A DNA stretch of 64,000 nucleotides, from NCBI RefSeq assembly GCF_006345805.1, contig NC_042998.1, positions 74,834,001 to 74,898,000 of the forward strand, read 5' to 3'. Positions within the stretch are counted from its first letter, which is position 1. Every line of letters begins with the position of its first letter. Shown here piece by piece: positions 27,620 to 39,809 of this stretch. A program made the translations under genes and the position numbers. The notes beneath the pieces are model-generated. The model had not been told where the DNA came from. It searched no databases and saw only the letters and a program-made list of their open reading frames with translations. This stretch comes from Octopus sinensis. Lineage: Eukaryota.

Positions 27620-28900
27620 TTCAGCAAGAGGTCTGGGATAGCGAACATTTCTTGATTCTGTGGTTTTGGTGTTCTGCTTGGGTGAACATTTGCTTGATGA
27701 ACATCTGAGTGTAGTGATGACCATGAGAGAAACTTGCATTTGCTAGTTTAATCCCAGCAACACAGAAGATCTCTTATTGAGATTTGGTAAAGGTCATAGA
27801 AAGAGACAGTGTCACTGGAAATTAAATGATGGCATTGATCACATGGAAGACAATAGATTCGACAAATAGACATGCATCGTCACCTAACATTTGGTGCATC
27901 CAACTTTCGAGGCAATATGTTATGACTGCACCTAATTCCATCGGTTGATTGTGATGACAGACAAAGTTATGCGAAGGGTACCAGTTAACTTTGGGGGATA
28001 GCTGACAGTTTTGTTAACGTAAACTACATCGTCAACTGATTTCTGCCATATATGAAATGATTGTGTCATTAATATCCTGCACATCATTGTTGAGTTCACA
28101 AAGCAACTGATGGCTCGTATAATTCTGTGATAGGCTTAAGTTACAATAGCATTTTAGAGATGTATTCACGATTATACCACAATAGTTTAATATTGTAGCA
28201 TTTCCATCATGACGTGATAACTGGCGGACTAATAGATAAAAGAGCAACTGTATGTGTTTTGGTAAATATGTAGACACTAGTCATGCGTTTAATTTTCTGA
28301 GTAGCTCTGAGTTCATCAACAGCTCTTTGATTATTATTATTAATAGTCCTCAAGCTGCTCTGGAAACGATGTATTGTACTTTTTTCTTAGGTTTTTATTG
28401 CTATCAAGTAGGGAATCACTGCTGGAAGTATTTCAGCTGATTGATAATTTTTCTATGAAATCTTTTCAATATTTTCTCAAAGACTTTTTTCGCTCTTGAG
28501 AGACTTCTTTATTTTTGTCCTTAAGTCGTAACAGATTGCGGTTTGAGCAAATGCTGGGAATTGAATCCGCAAATATCTGCCAATATTGGTTCCATATCAA
28601 AGGAAGAGAATGTGACAAACTACGATATTATGGATAGTATTAACGTGACTGCTTAATATGAGGTAGAAAAACTTCTTGCTTGCGTCTCGTTGGCTGTAGC
28701 ACTTGTTAAGTCAAACATTTGTTTACAAAGTTGAATAGTGCCCCTATTGATTCATTGTGCATGCTTGAGATGTATATTCCTCTCATTTATATTTTTGTAG
28801 GCCAATCCACAAAGGGTAGGCTGATTTATCTTACTATTAGGATGTTTCCAGAGTTGTATTCCCGGATGATATACTTAATTTTGTTGGAGCAAACTTAAAA
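27620..28900 (-). mobile_element. Decayed Helitron Pif1-like helicase (C-terminal half)
   Basis: Minus strand 27821-27709 gives FPVTLSLSMTFTKSQ*EIFCVAGIKLANASFSHGHHYT (Helitron consensus FPVRLAFAMTINKSQG...FSHGQLY). Upstream, in the expected order: EILPAVIP, KLNA*LVSTYLPKH, LNNDVQDINDTII (ORF 28032-28277), PPKL. Boundaries approximate. Confidence 0.75.
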
Positions 28901-30399
28901 GCAGATTAGAGCTGATTCAGCTGGCCTGTAAAGCTCAATTATAACTATTTAATTAACCTTGTTATGCATAGTCACCGATTTACTTTTGCCAGGGAAATAT
29001 ATGCTGTTTGCATGGATCATGGAAGAAAATCACAACTCCCTTTTTTCGGCCTGCACAATCCAGGCGAATGATAGTGAAGATTCTAGCTCTCATCTCACTA
29101 ATCAGATGGGAACTGTTGACGGAGGTCTAAGTTAGTATGAAGTAGTTAACTAGGATGACGATTCTGTAATGCATCCCTCAATGTCTTGAGAATTAATTTT
29201 ATATATATATAGATGGCTGTGTGTGCGTGAGTGTGTGTTTAAAAATATGTATGTCGCGCGCGCGCGCATTCGAGCATGATGGATGCCTAGCTTTATGAAT
29301 GTTAACACAACTGAGCTTAAAAATAAGTAATAAATCGTTGGGTGATAGGGGAATAGGATTCATACAAGGTAAATTTATTCAGAGTAATTCACATAGTATT
29401 TCTTTAGATAATTATAATTATATTTATTGATGAAGAAAGATAAGTCTACCATTACAGAATTTTGAACTATGAAACACCGACCCTACAGTATTAAATATAA
29501 CTTCCAAGGATTTATGAAACACGCCAGAATGTGCTTAATTGAAGCATTGTGAAGTATTACAGTTTATGTTGCCCTCCCACCTATAGAACAGTTGACAGGA
29601 GTTCAATTGAGCGATTCAGTTGAAAATATCTGATCATCAAGTATAAATGATTTATTTCAATCTCTCCATTTTTCCTTCTATTGAAGGTTATTCAAAAGAC
29701 ATGTTACTCTATATATCAAGTGTTTCTACTATTAAATGTCAAGATATTTTGCTGAAAAATCAATAATAGCAAAATCATTTTTTTTTAAATATATGTCAAA
29801 GAGTACTAAATGTTAACTTTTATAACTGTGAGTAAGAGACTGCATTAACTTTTTCTTCCTCAGTTGCTCTTGAAACTGCATACGAGGCAGTTTCCACATA
29901 TACAATTTTTAACATCGCAACACAGCTTTAACATTTATGTATAACTACTATTTATGTATAACTACAATAAATAGAAATTATTCAATACAATTATATGCCT
30001 GGCATCCATCTCACAAATACAGAAGCATTCCCCACCAATGATTTTGGTTGTATGTAAGCAGGTATGCATATATGAATCCAGAGAAACGCACGCACACACA
30101 TTATAAAGCAAAATTTTAAGCGTAATTTGCATGCTAAAAGGGTCTTCCGAATCATCATGCGTATATATGCATATATAATAGATAGATAGATATAGATATA
30201 TACACATGCTAATTCAAAAGTCCCCCCTCTCTCTCTCTCTCTCTCTGTATATATATATATATATATATATAATTGAAATATGTTATAAAAAGCAAATAGA
30301 AAATAGAAACTACACGTGAAAATGAAGAAAAATAAGTGAAAATGCACATTGGAAATCAAAAAAGTAAAGGCTTTTTATGAAAAGTGACGATAGATATAT

Positions 30400-30815
30400 A
30401 CAATTAGATGAACTGAGGTAGGAATAAAAGTAATAAAATTCATTATACTGAATAGCTAAAGAGATTCAAAAGCATACCGGATTCGTAAAATTACTGATCA
30501 CTACTTTGAATACACACCGATTACCGAACGGTGTCGGGTCTACTAGACCCTAAGTCAAAAGATTATGTGTAAGGGAGATAAGTAGCTCTGGATTTGGTGC
30601 AATTAGGGTAGATATAGATCTGTAATGTAAATGGCGTATGGAATGTGTGAGTGGTATTAATTGAAAGGTTAGTAGTGTTCAGTATTAAGTTATGTGTTCA
30701 TACTGAGTTGTGGAAGATATTTATTGATGAACGTTGCCTCTCTATTCATTCTTTGTTGTACTGAGGTATTCTCTGAACATTGCTAGAAAGGGAAGATTAG
30801 GATTTTAGGATTAAG
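30400..30815 (-). mobile_element. PLE 3' fragment (end of GIY-YIG domain + 3' UTR)
   Basis: Minus strand LIFPF*QCSENTSVQQRMNREATFINKYLPQLSMN resembles the C-terminus of the PLE at 42.1 kb (RIFPLYQ...QRISKE...ITKYKPLLN). Confidence 0.55.
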
Positions 30816-30826
30816 GTTCCTAGCAC

Positions 30827-30857
<31 letters not shown>

Positions 30858-30988
30858 TACACACACATACATTCACACACACACAAATATATATATGTGT
30901 GTAGACGGTTGAAAAGGAACACACGAGTTGATATATATGGAAAAAAGTCAAGTAGAAAATGCTGAAATAATTTTAGTAAAAAAAAGTT

Positions 30989-31024
30989 CAGTACCAGTTT
31001 CAGTCATTGAGGCTTTTTCAACTG
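30989..31024 (-). ncRNA. Hammerhead motif, U3-A8 variant (UUGAAAA), GUA site, slightly decayed
   Basis: CAG-TTGAAAA-AGCC-tcaat-GACT-GAA-ACTGGT-A-CTG; one stem II mismatch, stem III palindrome broken. Confidence 0.5.
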
Positions 31025-31494
31025 TAAGTATGGAAAAATTAAAAGAAAAGTGTTTTCAAAGAATATTTGCATAGTATTCAAATACAAGGGGCATTTTCCT
31101 TGTTGCTGCCTGTCTCTGTCTTTCTTATTTATCTTGTAGTTCGAGGTCGTTGTGAATTCTTGGTAGAGAAGGAGGAGGAGGAAGAGGAGGAAAGGAAGAA
31201 GAGAAGAAGAATGCAAGAGTGCCATGACAGTAGTAGGATGGCACTCCCGCATTCTTCTTCTTCTTGTCCTCCTCCTCCTCCTCCTCTTCCTTCTTCTTCT
31301 TCTCTTCTTCTTCTTCTTCTTCTTCTTCTTCTTCTTTCCTGCCAATAATTCACAACAACTTCGAACCCACAAGAGTAAACAAGAGAGACATGCAGAAAAA
31401 AGGAAAATGCCCCTTGTATTTGAATACTATGCCAATATTCTTTTTAAAAACTTTTCTTTTGATTTTTCCAAAATTTAATTGTTTTCCATATGTA

Positions 31495-31530
31495 TAGTTG
31501 AAAAAGTCTCAATGACTGAAACCGGTACTG
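31495..31530 (+). ncRNA. Hammerhead motif, U3-A8 variant (UUGAAAA), GUA site
   Basis: TAG-TTGAAAA-AGTC-tcaat-GACT-GAA-ACCGGT-A-CTG; stem II perfect, palindromic stem III. Confidence 0.6.
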
Positions 31531-31580
31531 AAATGTTTTTTTATAAAATCATTTTAGCATTTTCTACCTTGACTTTTTTC

Positions 31581-31794
31581 GTGAGAGACAAACAAAACTC
31601 CTTGTAATACCAAAGATAAAATGAAGGCAAGGGTTATGGCAGCATTCAACAACTTAATCAAGAACACCGTACAGAAGAGTTGGAGGAGATTCCGAAGTCG
31701 TCTGGAGGTCGTGGTTGAAGTGAATGATGATTTTATTGAAAAAAGTTATTCTTTAGTATTTCAAATAATTTTTGTAATTTTGGTATTTATATAC

Positions 31795-31795
<1 letters not shown>
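31581..31795 (+). mobile_element. maT-like transposase C-terminal fragment + 3' flank
   Basis: TNKTPCNTKDKMKARVMAAFNNLIKNTVQKSWRRFRSRLEVVVEVNDDFIE (ORF 31621) is a typical maT/Tc1 C-terminus. Confidence 0.75.
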
Positions 31796-31835
<40 letters not shown>

Positions 31836-31849
31836 TTTATTATATAGAA

Positions 31850-31904
31850 GGAGCTTCTACAGGACTAGAACTGTTTCATTCAAGAGAAATCTTCAGGAAG
31901 CTCC
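31850..31904 (-). ncRNA. Type I hammerhead ribozyme motif, CUGAAGA core, GUA site
   Basis: GGAGCTTC-CTGAAGA-tTTC-tctt-GAAt-GAA-ACAG-ttctagtc-CTGT-A-GAAGCTCC; perfect 8-bp stem I, 4-bp stem III. Confidence 0.75.
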
Positions 31905-32159
31905 TACATCAGGATGGTCGAAGAAGAACGGTCTCCATCGAATTCTTTTGATGAACTCATCAGTCCGTCTAATGAGGGCTTTTTGATACTGTTTCCTTGG
32001 TGGGATAGTAATGTTCTTCAGGGAAGTATCGAGGTCGATTCTTGTCAGCATTTTTTCTTGGTGATGGTTATAAGGGCACTGGGGTGTGCTAGGATATGTA
32101 GGTCCCGGGTTGATTCGGGGTTAACCACAGTAAATAAGGTACTCAATACATAGCAGAGT

Positions 32160-32160
<1 letters not shown>
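31905..32160 (-). mobile_element. PLE ORF N-terminal fragment
   Basis: Hand translation LTRIDLDTSLKNITIPPRKQYQKALIRRTDEFIKRIRWRPFFFDHP; SLKNIxIP...RxRW..FF is a PLE N-terminal motif. Confidence 0.6.
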
Positions 32161-32212
<52 letters not shown>

Positions 32213-32239
32213 CTCTTGAGCACCACCAGCAAAAATATT

Positions 32240-32425
32240 TTTTCCTCTGTCTTCCCTTCTTGGGATCTTTCCTTCTCCTTGTTTCCGACGAAAAGCTCCG
32301 CTCGAAACGTTAAACCCTCCTTCCCTTCTTTCCTGAGCGTCAATAATACTTTAATTGTTCCACGTCCTCGCGTTGCTGTGTTTTTTCCTCTTTTTTTCTG
32401 TGTTTTCTTGTTTGGATTAACTATA
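32240..32425 (+). mobile_element. PLE terminal (pLTR) fragment containing a minimal HHR
   Basis: Homolog of 18474-18662; ends at (TA)n. Confidence 0.6.
32281..32315 (+). ncRNA. Minimal hammerhead motif, C4 variant (CCGACGA), GUU site
   Basis: GTTT-CCGACGA-aaAGC-tcc-GCTc-GAA-ACGT-T-AAAC. Confidence 0.55.
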
Positions 32426-32739
32426 TATATATATATATATATATATCCTATTCCATCTCACAACACTTCAAACTTTTCTTGGACTATTCTACCTGGATTC
32501 TCTACCGGGACTTTATAATCTCCTAGACTCGGACTCCTACACTTCGGCTGCACCTCTCCTATCCATGGATTACACTGGACTCTTCCTTTGATGAGAAATC
32601 ACTCCAATATACCACGACGTTTGAACCTTTTGAATTTTTCTAAACTTTTTTGTACTCTCTGCTTTTTCCTACTGTTGTTTCTCTGCATGATAGATCGCTA
32701 GCTATTAAGCCAATACTCTGGTGTTGTTTGATTGGCGTA

Positions 32740-34911
32740 CATTGGCTTGTAATATGCCATACGGTTTCGCCGTTTTGTCCACAGATTCTGCACTAATCAC
32801 TTTCTGCTGTGTTGTCTATTCTGTATCTTATGTAGTTTATTCTTAGCGCTTCCTCTTGGGCAGTACAGATTAGAGCCTCCGTTTCCAGTTTTAAATCACT
32901 TTTAGTCATCCGCAGCCATCTTTTTTCTCTGTATGTCTTGTCTTCAACATCCCTATGAAATTGACCATGCGTTCTTTTCTTTACCCACCTATTTTCTGTT
33001 TCATTCGTTTTCAACTTCTTCTATAGTGCTTCATCTTTGCAATCTTTCATCTACACAAGGCTGATCTTCTTCAAGTTATAGCAGTTGTGTGCCTTTTTTT
33101 TTTACCTACCATGCTATGTTGTTTTCTTCTGCTCTAATACTGTGTTCGCATGCAATAGCTCCTCTTTCCCATCCTTTTCTTTGTACATAGAGTCTGTCTG
33201 TGTCACGTTTTGGTTGGAGTGACCCATATCTAGTTAGTAACCTCCTTGCCGTTCTCTCTAAGCTGTTTAGTTCGTCTACAGTCCTTGCGATTAGTCCTGC
33301 TCCATATAAAAGGAGTGAAACAGCCCACGTGTTGATAGCTTCTATCTTATTCCGTCCGTTTAATTTCGACTTAAATGTCAGTCTCAGTCTGCGCAAGTAC
33401 TCCATCTCAATTTTTCTGTCATTTCTTTCTCCATCAATTTATCCATTTCCCAAATCCCCAAGTACTTATAACCCGTCTCTACTATCTGCTCCATAACCTT
33501 CCCCGATGGTATCGTTAGCCAGTTCATACATCTGATTTTGCCTCTCTTTAAGACTAACACACCACACTTTCTCAGTCCGAAATCCATTTTTTTCGTTTTG
33601 AAAGTATACACAGTATGAACGAGGAAACTGACTTGGGCTTCATCTTTACCTTAAAGTTTGAGGTCATCCATAAGTAAAAAATGGTTAACTTTTTGTTGGC
33701 GGCTTTTGAATACATACCCAGCTTTTGCTTCCCTCAGAATCAGTGTCAGTGGTATCAAGCATAGTACAAAGATCAGAGGGACAGGCAGTCCCCTTGGAAG
33801 ATGCCCCTCCTGATTTCTACTGTCCCTAAACGTCTTCCGTATGCTGACAGGTCCTTCCTCCAATTCGCTATACTTTTCCCAAGCTATCTCTCAACTTTCG
33901 ATGCAATACCAAATAGGTTACCCACTCCATTATCCAAGAGTATGGGATTATATCGTACGCCTTACGATAGTCGATCCATGACATGGCTAAGTTACTTTTC
34001 CTCCTCTTGCTGTCTGTAAGTGCAGTTTTGTCTATCAGGAGTTGATCCTTTGTACCTCTACACTTACGCTTGCAACCATTCTACTCATGTGGCAGGACTC
34101 CATTTTTTCCAGATGTTCGTACATTGACTCTGCGAGTATTCCAGTCAATAATTTCCACATAATTGGTAAACAGGATATTGGTCTGTAATTATCTACCGTA
34201 TTGCCTTTTTCGATGATTTTCAAGCACAGCACTGTCCTACCTATTGTCAACCACTCTGGGGTTACATGATCGGCATTGAACAAGGTGTTGAGTTGCGCAG
34301 CCATTCGTGCATCACATCCACCAGATCTTTTGATCCAGTAGCCTTGAACTCCATCTGTTCTCGGGGCTTTCCAGCAGCTCATTTTATTGCTGATTTCCTT
34401 CACTTCCCCAACTGAAATAACTAGTTCTGCCTGTTTTGGACAGATTACTGCTTGTTTCAGTTCTTGCAACCATTCAGGATCCTTCTTGTGATCCTTGTCT
34501 TTGCACCAGATGTCACTCCCAAACCTTTGACTTTCAATGTTATCTGGTATCAACTTTCCGTCAGTACACTCTCCATTCATTTCTTTACAGAATCTCTTCT
34601 GATCTACTCTGAATAACCTATACTGGTGGTAACACCCTTCATTCTCTGGTCGTGTCATACCATCTTTGCTTTCTTTGCAACGAGGCGCCGTTCCAGTTCC
34701 TCTACTACTACTACTACCTTCAGGCCCTTTCTTTGAATATTATGCATAGTTTTCAGCGCCCTGTATTTTTGTTCGCTTTTAAGCTCCCCTTTATCTTTTC
34801 ACTCTAATACAGAGATTTCCTTCAAGGTCTTGTCTAACCCTGCCTGGATCTTCTTTTCCGCCATGGGTCTTTTCTTTTTTCACTCCCATTATGTTTCTTT
34901 TTCTTGACATC
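32740..34911 (-). mobile_element. R4/Dong-like non-LTR retrotransposon, second copy, truncated at both ends
   Basis: [83 protein letters not shown], and zinc knuckle RICGQNGETVWHITSQC; colinear with 7641-9635. Confidence 0.88.
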
Positions 34912-34912
34912 T

Positions 34913-34978
34913 TGATGATGTTGAAGATGATGATGATAATGATGATGATGATGATGATGATTATCATCATCATCATTA
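34913..34978. repeat. (GAT)n/(CAT)n trinucleotide repeat at LINE 5' junction
   Basis: Visible; starts immediately where LINE homology stops. Confidence 0.9.
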
Positions 34979-36476
34979 TATATATTATTACATTATTTTG
35001 ATATAAAAGCTTCATAATCAGCTTAACACGAAACTATGATTTTTCGTCACTTATGCAGCTCCAGGGTTATAAATAAATTATATATTATATGTGCGGGTGT
35101 GAATGTATGTGTGTGTGTATAGGCACAGAAATTTACCTTTTCTACCTACCATTGTCTTTTAGAACTTTAGCTCGCTAGATCAATCCTCTTCTCCAACAGA
35201 TCAGACCCTTAAAACATGTGAATTAAACAGTTGATTTATTAGCCTTATCTAACTTCTATATATCGGTTCCAGCGAGTGCTTGAGGAGTTTAGGCAATCTA
35301 ATATTACTGCGTGAGCTAAGTTAAAACATATAGTGGAGCAATGCACATTTTAGGGCGAGAAGATAAGTTTTGCCAAGCAGTAGGATCGATTCTATTTCGA
35401 TTCTAATTTGTGTGGTTGACCTAATCCGTTCCCAAGTTTAACATCACCATCAGGTTCTTTTATGCCAGAAGTGTGGTTCACACGTCTGCAAGAATTCTGA
35501 ACGAGTATCCCATATCGGTTAACTTGATATCTACCACCGTAACCAGTAAACATTTGATTCTTCCCGGAAGCTGCACAAAGTTCAAGGACGTTGGTATTAG
35601 CTTTGCGATTAAGTTATAAAACTAGTATATACCTATCTTGAGAAAAACAAAACATATTTTTTATACCATTCACTTAATATTCAGATTTCTTGCTAAGCTG
35701 GAGGCAATATTCAACGTTGGTTATTTAAACAGCATACACGTTACAAAAAAGTATAAGGCTACACATTTAAAAACACGAAATAAAAAAATTCTTTATAATA
35801 TCTGGGTCGATTCTTATCTAATCTCATTTTCCCTAACAATATTATTCATGCACATTATAATTGATTAAAACAATGAATGCAGTATTTTATCTCGTATAAA
35901 CATGAAAGCAGAATTAATCAATTTACTTCTATTTTAAAGACATTAAATTGATCTTCAAATTCTGTGTGGTTTCTGATAATCGAATACTGTGTAAGCCGAT
36001 TACAACATGCTCATAGATTATAATGTAAAATATTTAGTAAACAATACACTCCACTAGTTTTTAAAAATATGTCGGAGTTTGATATCTTGTTGTTATTGTT
36101 GTTCCGGGATCGATATAATTGATTGTACCCTTACTCTACAAATATGTGAGCTGCTGATGACGCTACTGTTGCATTTTTCTCTCTACTGATTCATTTTTCT
36201 CTCTACCGTGTCAATTGGCGGTGTTATTTTTTTTTACAGGGGCTGGGGAAGATGAACCCTCTGGAACGGGAATGCTCATCTCATTATGGTCAATTACATT
36301 TATCATTGATTTATTAATACTGTTGTAGAATGTATTATGGAATGTGTTAAATATATTTTTCTTTTTTTTTGTTTCTTTTTGGGTTTTGAGGAAGGGACAG
36401 TGTCAATGACTCCATGATCTCCAAGGCCGATGAGATCAGTGAAGTTGATGTTTTTGAAGACCTGAAATTTTACGGA

Positions 36477-36565
36477 AGAGAGAGAGAGACAGAGACAGAG
36501 ACAGACAGACAGACAGACAGAGATAGACAGACAGATGGTCAGAGTGTGAGAGAGAAAGAGAGAAA
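36477..36565. repeat. (GA)n/(GACA)n repeat
   Basis: Visible. Confidence 0.9.
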
Positions 36566-36999
36566 GACAAAGAGAACATGGTACAGAGAAAATACCAAAG
36601 GGTCGAGGTTCTAATAAAGGAGTATAGTAAAAGATTGGTTAGTGCAAACCATTGACGAAAACACGTATCGTTGACAAGTATTATTGAGTTGTTGTTACAG
36701 GGTTTTCCCTTTCAATTATTATAATTATTATGAACGTACATGAGTGGCAGAGACTGTAAAGTGCCGATTAAGTATCATCCTCTATTCAGCTTTACTCTTC
36801 TCCTGCTGCCGATTTAAAATGGTATAAAGTTAAAATTTTTCTCAAACCTTTGCATATAACTTAAATACCTGTTATATACTAAGGTACATTTTAATCATTT
36901 ACTGTTTTTCCCCCTTATAACTTTGTGTTAAAACTTCTTTCCTACCAAAACTTTGCTAAAAATAATGAAACTATTATTTCTATAATTGAAGTTTTGTGC

Positions 37000-38490
37000 C
37001 GAGATAATTACAATTTTAAAGAATTAAGTAAATTACTGAGATTTATCGTACAAAGTTGAAAACCTCTAAATGCTAATACATATCACTGACATCTCAGAGA
37101 TTATTGTTAAGAATTGATTTCAGTAAAGCTCCTCTTTGTTTTGTCATTTAATATCAATATAGAGTACTTCAAAGAGATACTTTCAGAGGAATATTATATC
37201 GAGAACTGTATACTTTGGCTATCTATCAAGTTACATAAAAGCCCCTTTAGATCCCTCAAGAGCATATTTCTATAATCAATCACAAAGCACTTTCTGAATT
37301 ATAAGTTCAAGAAGGTTCTGAAAGGTTAGTTTGATAACTGAGATAGAGAATTCATGATATGTTCTCAAAGAGAAGGTTTATAAATATTTATCAGGATTAT
37401 ATCAATATATAAATATATCTTTCAAAATTCTTTTATCTTGAAAGAGATCAGTTATAGGAACATATCAATTCCTTTCTGAAGTATCAACACTTCAAATTAA
37501 GATATTGAATGTTGAAATGCACATAGAAGGACACACATAGTATCACAATCATACACCTGATTACACACAGATATAAAATGAAAATCTATGCGAGTTTCTA
37601 AAGCCGCAGAAATGTATGTAAAATTCTGTAATATGTGCAACAAATCTGCTACTATTCTGCAAGTTTTCAAATAGATAAGAGGAGAAACCTAAAGCCATTA
37701 TACATTGATTGATTAATCTAAATAAGTTCTTTAGAATTTATCATGTATATTGCATGGGTAGACAACGTACAATTACGCTTAATTTATGGACCTTACAATG
37801 AGTCACAATGACCTGAGGAGATTTCTCAGCATCTCAACTGGACAGTCGACAAAAGTTTGAATACTGTCATTACATACACTATTCATTGAGGAAGGAACTA
37901 AATATCATATTTATCAGCATAATATATAAGAAGATCGAGACCATCTCGATGGCGGATTAACAAAAGAATAGCACTGAAAGTTTGATACCTAGTATTATAT
38001 ATTAGCAGAAGAATTGTAGCACCCATTGTTTTGGTAGGTTTCATCAGGCTGGCATAACTTATCTTCAAATTTCAGCTTCCATAGGTCTACGCTGTTTGAG
38101 GAAACGTTAGTGATACTATAGTATGGGAAATTTCGAAAACGTATTTACAGAAAAACTTGAGCGTAACAAAATGCATAATAGTAAAACAGGGTAACGATCG
38201 CATAAATATAAACTTGTAAACTTTTCATTATAGAGAAGCAATTCTGTGACCAATTAGTAGCCTTTTCACCTTTCCTCCCATACAAGACGTATTGGTAAGT
38301 ATGGTATTCCATCGCAGTTGTATATTCAAATGGGCTCTGTATTTAGTCATCAGAAACTACATAATGTTTATCGCCAAATCATTATATGGCCGTTCGATGT
38401 TACGACAGTTTTTTATCCCCAAGAAGAGCCTCCACAAGCAGGTAATCGATGCAATCTGCACCCAGTACATAATGCAAGCAGGTGAGCAAA
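37000..38490 (+). pseudogene. Possible heavily decayed LRR-TM-TIR (Toll-like receptor) pseudogene
   Basis: Weak motif-like peptides in the expected order (see findings); many stops; AT-rich translation can mimic LRRs. Confidence 0.2.
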
Positions 38491-38491
38491 A

Positions 38492-38690
38492 CCTATTTCT
38501 TTATTACCCACAAGGGGCTAAACACAGAGGGGACAAACAAGGACAGACATAGGTATTAAGTCGATTACATCGACCCCAGTGCGTAATTGGTACTTGATTT
38601 ATCGACCCCGAAAGGATGAAAGGCAAAGTCGACCTCGGCGGAATTCGAACTCACAACGTAACACAGACGAAATACCGCTAAGCTTTTCGC
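38492..38690 (-). mobile_element. tRNA-derived SINE, family B
   Basis: Minus strand GTGAGTTCGAATTCCGCC (good B box GTTCGAATTC), GTCGACTTTGCCTTTCATCCTTTCGGGGTCGATAAA central domain, 3' tail. Confidence 0.85.
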
Positions 38691-38904
38691 AGGTGAGCAA
38701 AACCTTACCGTCTTCTAGCAGACGAAGTGATCACCTAACCGAATGGCTTCGGGTTATTTGTGCCTAGCGTCAATGCTGAACACCCGACCGCTAGAGATAG
38801 CGGGAAAACGTTCTAGCCCGCAATATATAGAAAAAACAAACAACGATCTCAATGACATTGCAATAAAAAGTAACTAGTATGTTTGTATGTATATATATAT
38901 ATAT

Positions 38905-39441
38905 ATGTCAGGTTACTTTCGAGTGCTACTGGTAACATGTAATACAGTACAACATGTTGCATGATCGGGTCGTCAGCGACTAAACCGGCAACCCCACCAA
39001 GCTTCTTGGTGAGGAAGGTGCTTATTGGACGCCCTGCAGGATGAAAAGCAAAACCCGTCAAAGGACGGAGGAACGGCCATCCAATAAATGTCTTACGGCT
39101 GTATCATGCGCGGGGATATAGAAATAATCGGACGGAATACCCGATCGCGCGGTTAAACCATTGTGAGTGAAGGACTCCTAGCCTTTGTTAGAGCTTCCTT
39201 CTAGGAGAAGGTAACTCATGTAACTGGGATAACTCCGACATAAACCCTGCTGCTCAGTGGTTACCGATGATGTTGACTTGTTCTTCTTTACGGATTATGG
39301 CTGATGTTGCTTAGTGAGTGGGATTGACTCAGTGCACAGCCTTTCCTCACTTTAAAACAATCTTCTTGCACTGACATTGCACGATAACAACATTGATTAA
39401 GCTTCGTGCAATGGCCATACTCGATAACGAGGGGGCAGCCA

Positions 39442-39445
<4 letters not shown>
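38905..39445. mobile_element. GC-richer interspersed repeat, possibly a LINE (RTE-like) 5' UTR
   Basis: CpG-containing island between (TA)n runs with hairpins GTCG-tcag-CGAC and CACCAAG-ctt-CTTGGTG; class assignment from memory only. Confidence 0.3.
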
Positions 39446-39722
<277 letters not shown>

Positions 39723-39771
39723 AAACAAGTAAAAAATAGAAAATGCTAAAATAATTTTATAGTGAACATTT

Positions 39772-39809
39772 CAGTACCGGTTTCGGTCATTTTGAGACCT
39801 TTTCAACTG
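39772..39809 (-). ncRNA. Hammerhead motif, U3-A8 variant, GUA site (left inverted arm)
   Basis: Exact reverse complement of 42911-42948. Confidence 0.7.

Larger units (their letters stand above)
30908..31580. mobile_element. ORF-less foldback element made of two inverted PLE terminal repeats
   Basis: Arms ~30940-31225 and 31238-31580 are reverse complements to within a 12-nt loop (GAGTGCCAT-gacagtagtagg-ATGGCACTC); arms are homologous to the terminal arms of the 39.7-43.0 kb PLE. Confidence 0.8.
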
